Shown piece by piece: positions 8,603 to 16,014 of a DNA stretch of 39,258 nt; within the stretch, counting starts at the first letter, position 1, and each line of letters begins with the position of its first letter. The translations under genes and the position numbers were made by a program. The DNA comes from a virus: IMG/VR virus record IMGVR_UViG_3300032007_000195; one strand, 5' to 3'. Under the pieces are notes generated by a model that was given only the letters and a program-made list of their open reading frames with translations, had not been told where the DNA came from and did no database searches.

Positions 8603-9165
8603 ATGTTTAAAATATCATACATACTTCGTGTAATATGCTTGCCTACCGCTGTAGGCTCCGATAAAAAACCTAATGAAAAAGTAATTAAATGGTGTATTCA
8701 TGCACTCTGCGTTTCTGCGGGCTTGTGACCGCCATTTGGCCGCATTACATCCGCCACTATGGTATTGTCCACGGTGGCGGTATATATAATCCTACATACC
8801 CGCCCTTCGCCCTGTCTCATGGTTTCCCAACTAAGGACTACTTTCGGGTATCATGCTTGGTGTATCAATATGTCAAAGGTCGATTAAGTAGCAGTGAGCA
8901 GGAGAGGCGCCCAATCTCTCTTCATTAACGTAAGGGCTGTACGACATGCTATCTTGGTGGGATGTGCAGGATTCGAACCTGCGGCGACCTCTTATCTGAG
9001 GTTGGATAATCGTATTATCCATTACTATTTACGAGCGTATTTCTACGACGGCTTTCATCCTCTCAGCCAACATCCCGGATGCTGCTCGGAAGTCCAAGTC
9101 TTACCTACTTGTCCGAAGGCTTTCGCCTCTTATCAGTATTTCGCAGCAGTTTAGTTTAGTTTAGT
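8603..9165 (-). ncRNA. Candidate large structured noncoding RNA locus (contains the tRNA-like element)
   Basis: 563 nt with no credible ORF on either strand, bounded by the SSB-like stop and a terminator. Nested helices: 9080-9085 pairs with 9143-9148 and encloses GAGGC-GAAA-GCCTT and TCGGA(CAAGT-loop-ACTTG)TCCGA. Confidence 0.35.
8955..9076 (-). tRNA. Non-canonical tRNA-like element (122 nt) with acceptor stem, class-II-like D arm, T arm and encoded CCA, but no standard anticodon arm
   Basis: The 5' GGGATGT pairs with the 3' ACATCCC, followed by A-CCA. T arm GCAGG-TTCGAAT-CCTGC. D arm GCT-GAGAGGATGAA-AGC. The interior holds three hairpins: CGTA-GAAA-TACG, TGGATAAT-ACG-ATTATCCA and ACCTC-AGATAA-GAGGT. 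Confidence 0.4.
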
Positions 9166-9168
9166 TTA
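9149..9168 (-). repeat. Pentamer tandem repeat (minus strand TAAAC x4) starting at the SSB-like stop codon
   Basis: Plus strand reads gttta x4. TAA recurs every 5 nt, which puts stops in all three frames. Confidence 0.85.
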
Positions 9169-9552
9169 GAAGGGTAAGTCGGACCCGTCGTTATTGGACG
9201 GTGCAGGGGCCTCTGTATTAGGTTGCTCTGCTGGCTTATTAGCAGCCTCTGCTGCTTCTGCCTGCTTTGCCTTCTCCTCTGCATAGTCGGCGATTCTGTA
9301 TGCGTAGAATCTGTTATACCAACGTCCGTTGTACTCGGTAGCATCCACATCGAATTCTATCCTCACCGTCTTGCCTACCAGGGCATCGAACTGTGCAATC
9401 CTGCCAATGTTACCATCGCGGACATCTACCACCATCTTCTTAGGATACATACCTACTGTTTCCAGCAGGAACTGCGCTGCCTTCCAGTGTCCGTTCTGGC
9501 TATCGCCTTCGCGCTCTTCCGTTTTCTTTAATAAAATTCCTACAAAATCCAT
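9166..9552 (-). CDS. DUF3127-type OB-fold protein with an SSB-like acidic C-terminal tip
   Basis: The core ...WKAAQFLLET...YPKKMVVDV...VRIEFDVDATEYNGRWYNRFYAYRI matches my recollection of DUF3127. An Ala/Glu/Pro linker ends in DGSDLPF, similar to the DDDIPF tail of SSB. Confidence 0.6.
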   Translation of the reverse strand: MDFVGILLKKTEEREGDSQNGHWKAAQFLLETVGMYPKKMVVDVRDGNIGRIAQFDALVGKTVRIEFDVDATEYNGRWYNRFYAYRIADYAEEKAKQAEAAEAANKPAEQPNTEAPAPSNNDGSDLPF

Positions 9553-9553
9553 A

Positions 9554-9733
9554 TTAATATTCCTGTACTCGGTTAATATATTGGCGAAGCATAAAGTAAC
9601 TCATGATGGCAGACATAACAGCGTATACACCAAGGTCAATGCGGTCGCATCCAGTTACAAGGTATACCATAATGCAAGCAAAGGCTATAATGCCAAACAT
9701 GGCAACAAAAAATAAATCAATGAGTCGTGTCAT
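9554..9733 (-). CDS. Small membrane protein (59 aa, two hydrophobic segments; below the ORF-track cutoff)
   Basis: Hand translation gives MTRLIDLFFVAMFGIIAFACIMVYLVTGCDRIDLGVYAVMSAIMSYFMLRQYINRVQEY*. The stop lies 1 nt from the next ATG (TAATATG). Confidence 0.45.
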   Translation of the reverse strand: MTRLIDLFFVAMFGIIAFACIMVYLVTGCDRIDLGVYAVMSAIMSYFMLRQYINRVQEY

Positions 9734-9754
9734 AATGTTGTTATTTTGGGGTTA

Positions 9755-10069
9755 TTAGTTTCTTGAACTTTGTCTATATTGGCATTCGCCTGTTGTGAAG
9801 TCCAGCTTGCCTTCCAGGATCATCTGGTTAATACGGTGCTTGGGGAATGCCGGATTTGTCTCTTTGATGGTACCGTCCTTGTCTTTATATCTTACAGAGC
9901 TCTGAGGCAATAGGTGCTTGTGAGTCTTTAGCCACGACTTTGGAATCATCTGGAATACCCTGCACAACTCCTTGGCACTTATCCATTCTTCGTTGTACAT
10001 CAGGTAAGCCTCCCTTGCCGCTTCGTTCACCACCTGCGAGATTTCTTGTTTTAGTTTTTTATCTATCAT
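9755..10069 (-). CDS. First early-operon gene; putative HTH DNA-binding protein (excisionase/Cro-like)
   Basis: 104 aa. EWISAKELCRVFQMIPKSWLKTH resembles AlpA/Xis-type HTH motifs. The gene is divergent from the repressor gene. Confidence 0.45.
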   Translation of the reverse strand: MIDKKLKQEISQVVNEAAREAYLMYNEEWISAKELCRVFQMIPKSWLKTHKHLLPQSSVRYKDKDGTIKETNPAFPKHRINQMILEGKLDFTTGECQYRQSSRN

Positions 10070-10131
10070 CGTTTTTAGGATGGAATATTAAAATTCCTTA
10101 ATGTTTGTTTATGTTTTAGCTCTAATTGGGC

Positions 10132-10194
10132 AAATAGCCGTATTTTTGCAGTCGTTGTTAGTTGTTAAGGCTCCGCTGAGTCTGACGGCTATTT
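10132..10194. promoter_or_regulatory. Perfect 10-bp inverted repeat (aaatagccgt ... acggctattt) in the leader of the early operon
   Basis: The arms are at 10132-10141 and 10185-10194. They lie between the -7 box and the first early ATG. This is either an operator pair or a leader hairpin. Confidence 0.4.
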
Positions 10195-10229
10195 ATATGC
10201 CCGATTAGGATTTTCGTTGTTTCCAGTGG

Positions 10230-10237
10230 CAAAGATA
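10230..10237 (-). promoter_or_regulatory. Bacteroidetes-type -7 promoter box (TATCTTTG) for the leftward early operon
   Basis: The minus strand reads TATCTTTG, which matches TAnnTTTG. It lies in the divergent repressor/early intergenic region. Confidence 0.4.
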
Positions 10238-10315
10238 AAACAAATATATTTTATTGTCCAAATATTATTATTTTATTTAATATATATTAACATATAGGTA
10301 TTGTATTGATACAAT

Positions 10316-10810
10316 ATGAATATTAGAAAAAAGACACTAAATGAAGTGTACGAGCATCTGCACAATCATTGTGGATTGCACACAAAATCCGACTTCGCAG
10401 ATATTCTGGAGGTAAAAAGGGCAGGCTTGTATTCTGCCATGAATGGTAATGAGGCATATTTGACAGACAGCCTATTCAGGAAAATATGTACTAAGTACCA
10501 AGGCATGTTTGATATAAACTATCTGCTTACAGGTAAAGGAAAACTGCTTCTCGAACAAGCTGACAAAGTAAAGCAACCAGCGAGGAAGGCAAATGATACG
10601 GAGCAAAAGACGCTGCTTTCCGGCATAGAAAACCTTCTGGATATTTCCTCGAAGCAAATAAAGGAGAATGATGAACTCAGACGAAAGCTCCAGTCATCCA
10701 TTGATGATCTGAACAACCTCATCGCCGAGCTAAAATCCCTCCGCAAAGTAACCAGATACGATGACGGCATCCTCATGGTAGCCGAACAAGACGAAGAAAT
10801 GAAAAAGTAA
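10316..10810 (+). CDS. CI-like phage repressor (N-terminal HTH, coiled-coil C-terminal half)
   Basis: ...SDFADILEVKRAGLYSAMNG...INYLLTGKG resembles the CI-repressor HTH domain ending in LLTGxG. The gene is on the plus strand, divergent from the early genes and next to int. Confidence 0.7.
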   Translation: MNIRKKTLNEVYEHLHNHCGLHTKSDFADILEVKRAGLYSAMNGNEAYLTDSLFRKICTKYQGMFDINYLLTGKGKLLLEQADKVKQPARKANDTEQKTLLSGIENLLDISSKQIKENDELRRKLQSSIDDLNNLIAELKSLRKVTRYDDGILMVAEQDEEMKK

Positions 10811-11041
10811 AATAAACGAGTGTATTAACTGCTAAAATCGCCAAATGTTTCCCCACTTTCACACTCTCCCCCTGATTCTCAACAACTTACACCTCCCATT
10901 CGAGCCCCATCCGAATCACAACAAAAATGATGGGAACACCGTATTTATCGGGGGTTTGCGAGGTTTCGGAAAAATAGGGGTAAAACAAAAGGCGGACGAT
11001 TTTGGTCGATTTTGGTCGATTTTGGCTAAATGTTTCCCCAC

Positions 11042-11073
11042 TGTTTACCCACTGCAATCTGGGTGGGTAAACA
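11042..11073. promoter_or_regulatory. Perfect 11-bp inverted repeat TGTTTACCCAC-(10 nt)-GTGGGTAAACA directly upstream of int (candidate attP core or int operator)
   Basis: Read directly from the sequence. Nearby repeats: AAATGTTTCCCCACT at 10843 and 11028, and gattttggtc repeated about 2.7 times at 10999-11028. Confidence 0.35.
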
Positions 11074-11089
11074 CAAATCAAAAAATCCT

Positions 11090-12250
11090 ATGATTACAAC
11101 AGCAATTGTATTTGACCACAGAGGTAGGACAAAGAGAGGTGCAGAAGGACCCCTGGAAGTCCGGCTGACCATTGACCGTAAACCATACTATATTAATACA
11201 GGTGTGCGTGTGTACGCGAGGCAATGGGCCTTCGATAAGGTTGTAAACCATCCATGCGCTGACTCACTGAATGAGCGTCTGGCTATTATCCTTGATTCGG
11301 TGATGAGAGACATTAACTTCGCCCTGAAGCATCATACGGAGATAGATATTGTCAGACTTAAGCGTCATGCTTGGGGTTGCGCTCAGTCGGCCAACTTCAT
11401 TGAATGGATGCAGGAGGAGATTAAGATTCTGCGAGTGCGCGACATCAGGCACTATAATAGTGCACTTCGCAAGATCATAGAGTATGGCGGTATGCAAGAT
11501 TGGTCAGACGTAACACCAGAGAACATATACAAGTTGGATGCTTGGCTGCGCAAGCTACCAGGGCGCACGAATGGCAAAATATCTTCTGGCGGTGTATATA
11601 ACTACCACAAGTGTATTAAGGCGTTGCTGAGGCGCGCAGAGCGCACAGGATTGCTTGCAGCGAATCCGTATAACAAGCTCAATGGGGAATTTCAGAGAGG
11701 GGAGCAGGAGAACACCGAATACCTCACAGAAGATGAGATGAAGGCCATTATGGATTTTGCCCCCACCCCTGGCACTTGGTTGGCTAAGGCGCGCGACCTT
11801 TTTATCTTTCAAATGTGGACGGGCATGTCGTATGCAGATGCGCAGGCTTTCGACATCAAGGCCTATAAGAAAATTAATAATAAATGGCTTATCGTCAACT
11901 CTCGAATCAAGACAGGGCAACCGTTCGTCAATCAGTTGCTGCCGCCTGCGGTGGAGGTCTTGGAGCGGTATGAGATGTCGGTGCCTAAGATCAGCAACCA
12001 GGTGTACAACCGAGAGCTGAAGATTGTGGGTGCTGCGTGCGGATTGAACATCAAGCTGCACACGCATCTGGCAAGACATACATTCGCCACCTACATGCTG
12101 CGCAATGGCGTTCGTATGGAGAATGTGTCAAAGATGCTCGGGCATGCGTCCATTAAGCAGACGCAACGGTATGCGAAGGTTCTCGCTGAGAGCGTTCAAG
12201 AAGATTTTGATATGATAGATGCAAAGCTGAAAAGCAAAACAAAGCCCTGA
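11090..12250 (+). CDS. int: Tyrosine integrase (site-specific recombinase)
   Basis: The C-terminal HLARHTFATYML...LGHASIKQTQRYAKV carries the R..H..R..Y catalytic signature. The N-terminal MITTAIVFDHRGRTK...LEVRLTIDRKPYYINTG is typical of Bacteroidetes phage/ICE integrases. I placed the start at 11090. Confidence 0.9.
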   Translation: MITTAIVFDHRGRTKRGAEGPLEVRLTIDRKPYYINTGVRVYARQWAFDKVVNHPCADSLNERLAIILDSVMRDINFALKHHTEIDIVRLKRHAWGCAQSANFIEWMQEEIKILRVRDIRHYNSALRKIIEYGGMQDWSDVTPENIYKLDAWLRKLPGRTNGKISSGGVYNYHKCIKALLRRAERTGLLAANPYNKLNGEFQRGEQENTEYLTEDEMKAIMDFAPTPGTWLAKARDLFIFQMWTGMSYADAQAFDIKAYKKINNKWLIVNSRIKTGQPFVNQLLPPAVEVLERYEMSVPKISNQVYNRELKIVGAACGLNIKLHTHLARHTFATYMLRNGVRMENVSKMLGHASIKQTQRYAKVLAESVQEDFDMIDAKLKSKTKP

Positions 12251-12292
12251 AGTATGCCAATGGCAGGGACAACAGGGCGTTAGAATAGGTAG

Positions 12293-12622
12293 TTAAGGTT
12301 GTTGCTTTCCTTCGAGATATTCCTTGTAGGCATCCATATCTCCTTGCATCTGTTCAATCTCCTCGTCTGATATATCCACCTTCTCGATGTCGCTATCCAC
12401 GTAGCTGTCGAAGTATAGTGGCCATATCTCATGAGGCAGTTTGCTGTCTTTATTCTCGCGCATGGAGAAGAGAGAATGGTATGCCTGCAATCGTTGGAGT
12501 TGGTACTGAAGGATGTTCCTACGTCTATATCCTCGAACTATCAATAGGAGCTCGCAATAGCTCATAAGGTAGAGGGTCTCCTTCCTGTCTCTCCCGATCT
12601 CGCCCACAACGAGCTGGAACAA
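12293..12622 (-). CDS. Tail assembly chaperone, T segment (probably made only as a G-T fusion by -1 frameshifting)
   Basis: No ATG near its 5' end; the track start is TTG. Its frame is the -1 frame of the upstream G gene and is open back to the slippery heptamer at 12640-12646. Confidence 0.55.
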   Translation of the reverse strand: MFQLVVGEIGRDRKETLYLMSYCELLLIVRGYRRRNILQYQLQRLQAYHSLFSMRENKDSKLPHEIWPLYFDSYVDSDIEKVDISDEEIEQMQGDMDAYKEYLEGKQQP

Positions 12623-12633
12623 GTCGTGGGCGT

Positions 12634-13035
12634 TTATGCGTTTTTTTCTTTCTTGGATTTTTTCTTCGTCTCAGGCTGTACAACTGATGGAATATTATAC
12701 CACTTCAGGCGTAGCTCTGTGACGGCGGCGATTAGGTTGTGCAGATCCTCTCTCGGGGTATCATAAAGAAGTTCTTTTGCTTCGATAGGGCTCTTCTCAT
12801 CGTTCTTTTTATAAGCCGCTACAATGGCAGCGAATGCCAATTCCGCATAGTCTTCTGTTGTTGCCTCCGGCACTCCGAACTTGGTCGGATTCCCCTCCTC
12901 GTCGCGTTCCAGGATGGAAGGGTTGAACACCTCAATACTTTTGCCTGAAAGAATCTCGAAGCCCTGTTCGGCTGCAAGGCAATAGCGTACATGTACATCC
13001 TTGCCGTTAATCTTTACAATTTTTTCGTCTATCAT
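12634..13035 (-). CDS. Tail assembly chaperone, G-like
   Basis: 133 aa from MIDEKIVKINGKDVHVRY. Lys-rich C-terminus. The gene follows tube-like genes and ends with a slippery heptamer. The start is set after the terminator at 13049-13084. Confidence 0.55.
   Translation of the reverse strand: MIDEKIVKINGKDVHVRYCLAAEQGFEILSGKSIEVFNPSILERDEEGNPTKFGVPEATTEDYAELAFAAIVAAYKKNDEKSPIEAKELLYDTPREDLHNLIAAVTELRLKWYNIPSVVQPETKKKSKKEKNA
12640..12646 (-). promoter_or_regulatory. Programmed -1 ribosomal frameshift slippery site A_AAA_AAC
   Basis: The G frame reads GAA AAA AAC GCA TAA. After a -1 slip the reading continues CGC ATA AAC GCC CAC GAC TTG TTC CAG..., which is the 12293-12622 ORF. Confidence 0.55.
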
Positions 13036-13048
13036 AGTTTTGCGGGTT

Positions 13049-13084
13049 AAAAAATGAAGCCTGCCCGACTGTTGCATCGGGCAG
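13049..13084 (-). terminator. Intrinsic terminator or attenuator between the tube-like gene and the chaperone gene
   Basis: Minus strand reads CTGCCCGA-(8-nt loop)-TCGGGCAG, then GCTTCA TTTTTT. Confidence 0.5.
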
Positions 13085-13098
13085 ACCATGTGTGGTTA

Positions 13099-13545
13099 TT
13101 AACTACCGACGGTATATTCTCCGTATCCGTTAGCTTGGCAAGTGAAGTTGGCCTTCTCCTTGTTCACGCCAATCAGTGTTAGGTTAGAGAGCTTACACTT
13201 TCCTGTTGCTACGCTGTATATCTTCGTGCGATTGTTATCGCCCGTCACAGCGGCCAATTCCCAGTCAATGGGGGTGTCGGTCAGATTAGCTTCGAGGTCT
13301 TTGACCGTTATAGCCGCCTCTGTATCTGGAGATACAAGGTAGCCAATAAGACCTCCGATCTGGAAGTTGTAGGCAATAGATACAGGGGAGTTTTCGTCCC
13401 AAAGGCCGTCTGCATCGTCCTTAGTAGACGAATTGTCCATCTGCACCTGAACATCCATTTTGAAATCTACAGCCATAGCAATAGGCTGTAATACGTTCGA
13501 CTTCTTGAAGAATAGTCGAAGAAATTGTCCTTTTTCGAATGCCAT
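13099..13545 (-). CDS. Tail-tube-like protein (paralogue B)
   Basis: 148 aa. The pattern ...SSTKDDADGLWDE...W...G...G.a.l..l......a.f...G.G... resembles TP901-1/lambda-V-type tube proteins. This is a by-eye call. Confidence 0.4.
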   Translation of the reverse strand: MAFEKGQFLRLFFKKSNVLQPIAMAVDFKMDVQVQMDNSSTKDDADGLWDENSPVSIAYNFQIGGLIGYLVSPDTEAAITVKDLEANLTDTPIDWELAAVTGDNNRTKIYSVATGKCKLSNLTLIGVNKEKANFTCQANGYGEYTVGS

Positions 13546-13557
13546 AGTCGTAGATTG

Positions 13558-13971
13558 TTAGGCAAGAGCTCCAGTGCCGGTGTATGTCCTGCTTACCTGG
13601 ATGTCCTGTCGGTTGTTAGCTGTTATTGACAGCTGAGAGAGATAAGCCTGACCGCTCATTGCCCAGTCTTCGTTCTGGGCGACGCCGTTATTGGCGCCCG
13701 CAGTGCGGTCAAAACCTACCGTCTTAGCTGACATACTCTTAATGGAGGTAAGAAGTGCGCGGAGAGCTGTGTACACGCCGTTCTTGTCGTCGACTTGAAC
13801 CTGCCAGTTCTTGCTCTGCACATTCTCTTCGGTGAAGCTGCCTGTAGTGTCTTTTGTCGAGCCATCTTCCATAGCCTGGTTAATGGTCACCTGACAGCTC
13901 ACGGCTCCGTCTATTTTGGCCGCATCCTCGAATACGCGGAACTGCTGGCCCATAAGTTTTGTCTGTGCCAT
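13558..13971 (-). CDS. Tail-tube-like protein (paralogue A)
   Basis: 137 aa. It shows the same pattern (GSTKDTTGSFTE...W...; ends TYTGTGALA). This is a by-eye call. Confidence 0.4.
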   Translation of the reverse strand: MAQTKLMGQQFRVFEDAAKIDGAVSCQVTINQAMEDGSTKDTTGSFTEENVQSKNWQVQVDDKNGVYTALRALLTSIKSMSAKTVGFDRTAGANNGVAQNEDWAMSGQAYLSQLSITANNRQDIQVSRTYTGTGALA

Positions 13972-13974
13972 ACG

Positions 13975-14205
13975 CTAATTCTTGATTAGGTTGTACGTCT
14001 GTGAAAATCTACCTCTGCTGTGCATCACACAACTTCTCTCCCATTGAGTGTTAGCGGGAATCTCTGCAACAAGGTCGGCTGACAGCTTGTATACCTCTTC
14101 GCGGCTGTCCGCTTCGATGGTAGTAGTACCAGTCTCCAGCAACTCATTCAACTTGTCGGATGGTGCTGCCTCTTGCTGTGAGGTGTTAGTCTTCTTCTGG
14201 CTCAT
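13975..14205 (-). CDS. Hypothetical protein (76 aa)
   Basis: ORF packed between structural genes. Confidence 0.5.
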   Translation of the reverse strand: MSQKKTNTSQQEAAPSDKLNELLETGTTTIEADSREEVYKLSADLVAEIPANTQWERSCVMHSRGRFSQTYNLIKN

Positions 14206-14668
14206 TTTCTTTGTTGTTGAGTGAATAGCACATATAGCGTAGAGTCTGAAGGTAGCCTGGAATCATGTCTTCGAACAGAATAGCCTCTGCTGAGAAGTCG
14301 TAATCCACAACGGCGGTTGAGTTGTTACGGAAGTAATCGAGGATTGTATTCCTAACCTTCTGTGTCAACTCGTGTAACTGTGTTGGTGTCTTCGCTACCA
14401 CCTGCACACCGATGTTCACCTTGTCGTACTCGCTCTCGTATCGCTCATCTTTCGAGCCTTGGTCATTCTCCAAGCCGTCGAAGTATACGATGCAATAAGG
14501 GAGTGGCACGTTGAACAGCTCTTCATCCGGAACTGGTACCGCTGTGTTGTACAACCTTGGCGGTTGGCCGTCGGTTGTTTGGGTAGCCTCGATATATCCG
14601 AGGTCTTCCATCAGCTCGTCGTTCGTCTGAAGGGCAGTGATAAAGATGCTATCTGTGGCAAGACTCAT
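14186..14668 (-). CDS. Putative tail-completion / neck protein (DUF3168-like)
   Basis: 160 aa. ...LYNTAVPVPDEELFNVPLPYCIVYFDG...NIGVQVVAKT fits the DUF3168-like pattern. The gene lies downstream of the capsid gene. Confidence 0.4.
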   Translation of the reverse strand: MSLATDSIFITALQTNDELMEDLGYIEATQTTDGQPPRLYNTAVPVPDEELFNVPLPYCIVYFDGLENDQGSKDERYESEYDKVNIGVQVVAKTPTQLHELTQKVRNTILDYFRNNSTAVVDYDFSAEAILFEDMIPGYLQTLRYMCYSLNNKENEPEED

Positions 14669-14786
14669 TGCTATACGTTTTTGTTTGTTTTTACTTATCT
14701 CTTCCCGCGGTGCCGCCTGCTCAGGTATTATCCCTCGCAGACGGCCAAACTATGATAGATAGCACGCGGTAAGAAGATGCAGAGTG

Positions 14787-15995
14787 TTAGGCGTTCGTGG
14801 GCTCGGGTTCAACAACCTCGTACAGGGCGAATGCCTGAGTCACATTGTTGGCACCGTTGATCTTCTTAGACAGGTCGGTCATAGACCAAGCTGTGTTCAG
14901 AGTAACCTGAGTCACATTCTTCTTGGCACCTGTGTAGATGTCTACAACCATACGAACGTCGCCATGCTGCTGCAATGCGAACCATTCGAAGTAGCCGAAG
15001 CCTATATACTTCTTAGCGGTGGGCACGAGCTGATTAGCAGAGTTCAGTGTGGTGTTCAGATAGTGGGTTACGACGTAAGGATAACCAGCGCACTTGCCGT
15101 CCTGTACAACGAAACCTGCTGCTGCACCAGCAACCAGAGGAGTAGACTTCAGCTCAGCCTCTGTCTCGCGGTCCATGACGATTACTACGTCGCCCTCGAA
15201 GAAGCCCTTATCGCTGAACTTAGCAACTGCCTTCAGGATGTTCTTGAAGGAGTCTGCGCCCAGGTTGATGTCGCCAGCCTTTGACAGGTTGCTGAAGGGG
15301 CCTTTGTTGCCATTCCAGTTGGCCTGGGAATAAATCTTCTTTGCCAGATAGATACGCAGAGCCAAGGCGAACTTAGCCTGAACGAATGCCATCAGGTCGA
15401 AGGCTGCGTTGTCGATGGCCATGTTGCTAACTGGAACGGTCAAGCCGACCTTACGCTGTTGCGGAGAGATGCTTCCGAAGTCCAGAACCTGGTCGTTCAG
15501 AGCCTCTACCTCATCAGGCTCTTCCATCTCTACGTCGTTCAGAGATACTGGCCATACCTCGTTACCGGTAACACCAGTCACAATGCGCAAGCTGGCGGGC
15601 AAACCCAAGCCCTCGTGCAAGGTAGGAATCATCTCATGAATACTGAGCTGAATAGCACCTGATGCGGTGATATTGCTGGTTGAGCCAAGAGATGCAGGGA
15701 AAAGGGTAATCTCGCGGTCAGCGTGGCCCTGGCGTACCTGCTTGAAATACTCACGGAGCTGCTCACCCTTGCTTACCTGCTCGCGGTGCTTTGCCAGCTC
15801 CTCGGCGGTCATCTGGTTGGTGATCTCGCGCATGTTCAACTCAGCTTCGCGGCTGAGGTTGTCCCATTCGCGCTTCTCCTCGTCGTTGAAGTCACGCTTC
15901 TCACGAACTGCTACTTCGTTCAACTCGGACAGTCTGTCCTGAATCTCACGGTTGCGAACTTGAAGTTCGTCTTTCGTCTTTTTTGGCATAATCAA
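14787..15995 (-). CDS. Major capsid protein, HK97 fold, with an N-terminal coiled-coil delta domain
   Basis: 402 aa. The charged helical N-terminus (about 100 aa) and the body are typical of HK97-like MCPs. The gene follows portal and protease genes. Confidence 0.85.
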   Translation of the reverse strand: MIMPKKTKDELQVRNREIQDRLSELNEVAVREKRDFNDEEKREWDNLSREAELNMREITNQMTAEELAKHREQVSKGEQLREYFKQVRQGHADREITLFPASLGSTSNITASGAIQLSIHEMIPTLHEGLGLPASLRIVTGVTGNEVWPVSLNDVEMEEPDEVEALNDQVLDFGSISPQQRKVGLTVPVSNMAIDNAAFDLMAFVQAKFALALRIYLAKKIYSQANWNGNKGPFSNLSKAGDINLGADSFKNILKAVAKFSDKGFFEGDVVIVMDRETEAELKSTPLVAGAAAGFVVQDGKCAGYPYVVTHYLNTTLNSANQLVPTAKKYIGFGYFEWFALQQHGDVRMVVDIYTGAKKNVTQVTLNTAWSMTDLSKKINGANNVTQAFALYEVVEPEPTNA

Positions 15996-16014
15996 AAAAA
16001 TTATTAGTTAAACA

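Noticed and set aside
8955-9076. Interpretation of the tRNA-like element as a standard tRNA, a tmRNA, or merely the tRNA-derived half of an attP site
   Set aside because: As a standard tRNA: 122 nt is too long, and I could not draw any 5-bp/7-nt anticodon arm. As a tmRNA: it is far too short, and its D arm is of tRNA class-II type. As an attP remnant: a remnant would carry only the 3' part of a tRNA, whereas both acceptor strands and the D arm are present here. It is kept as a non-canonical tRNA-like RNA.
8689-9154. Plus-strand ORFs 8689-8928 and 8894-9154
   Set aside because: They run antisense through the tRNA-like element and the structured noncoding locus. There are no motifs, and the composition is odd.
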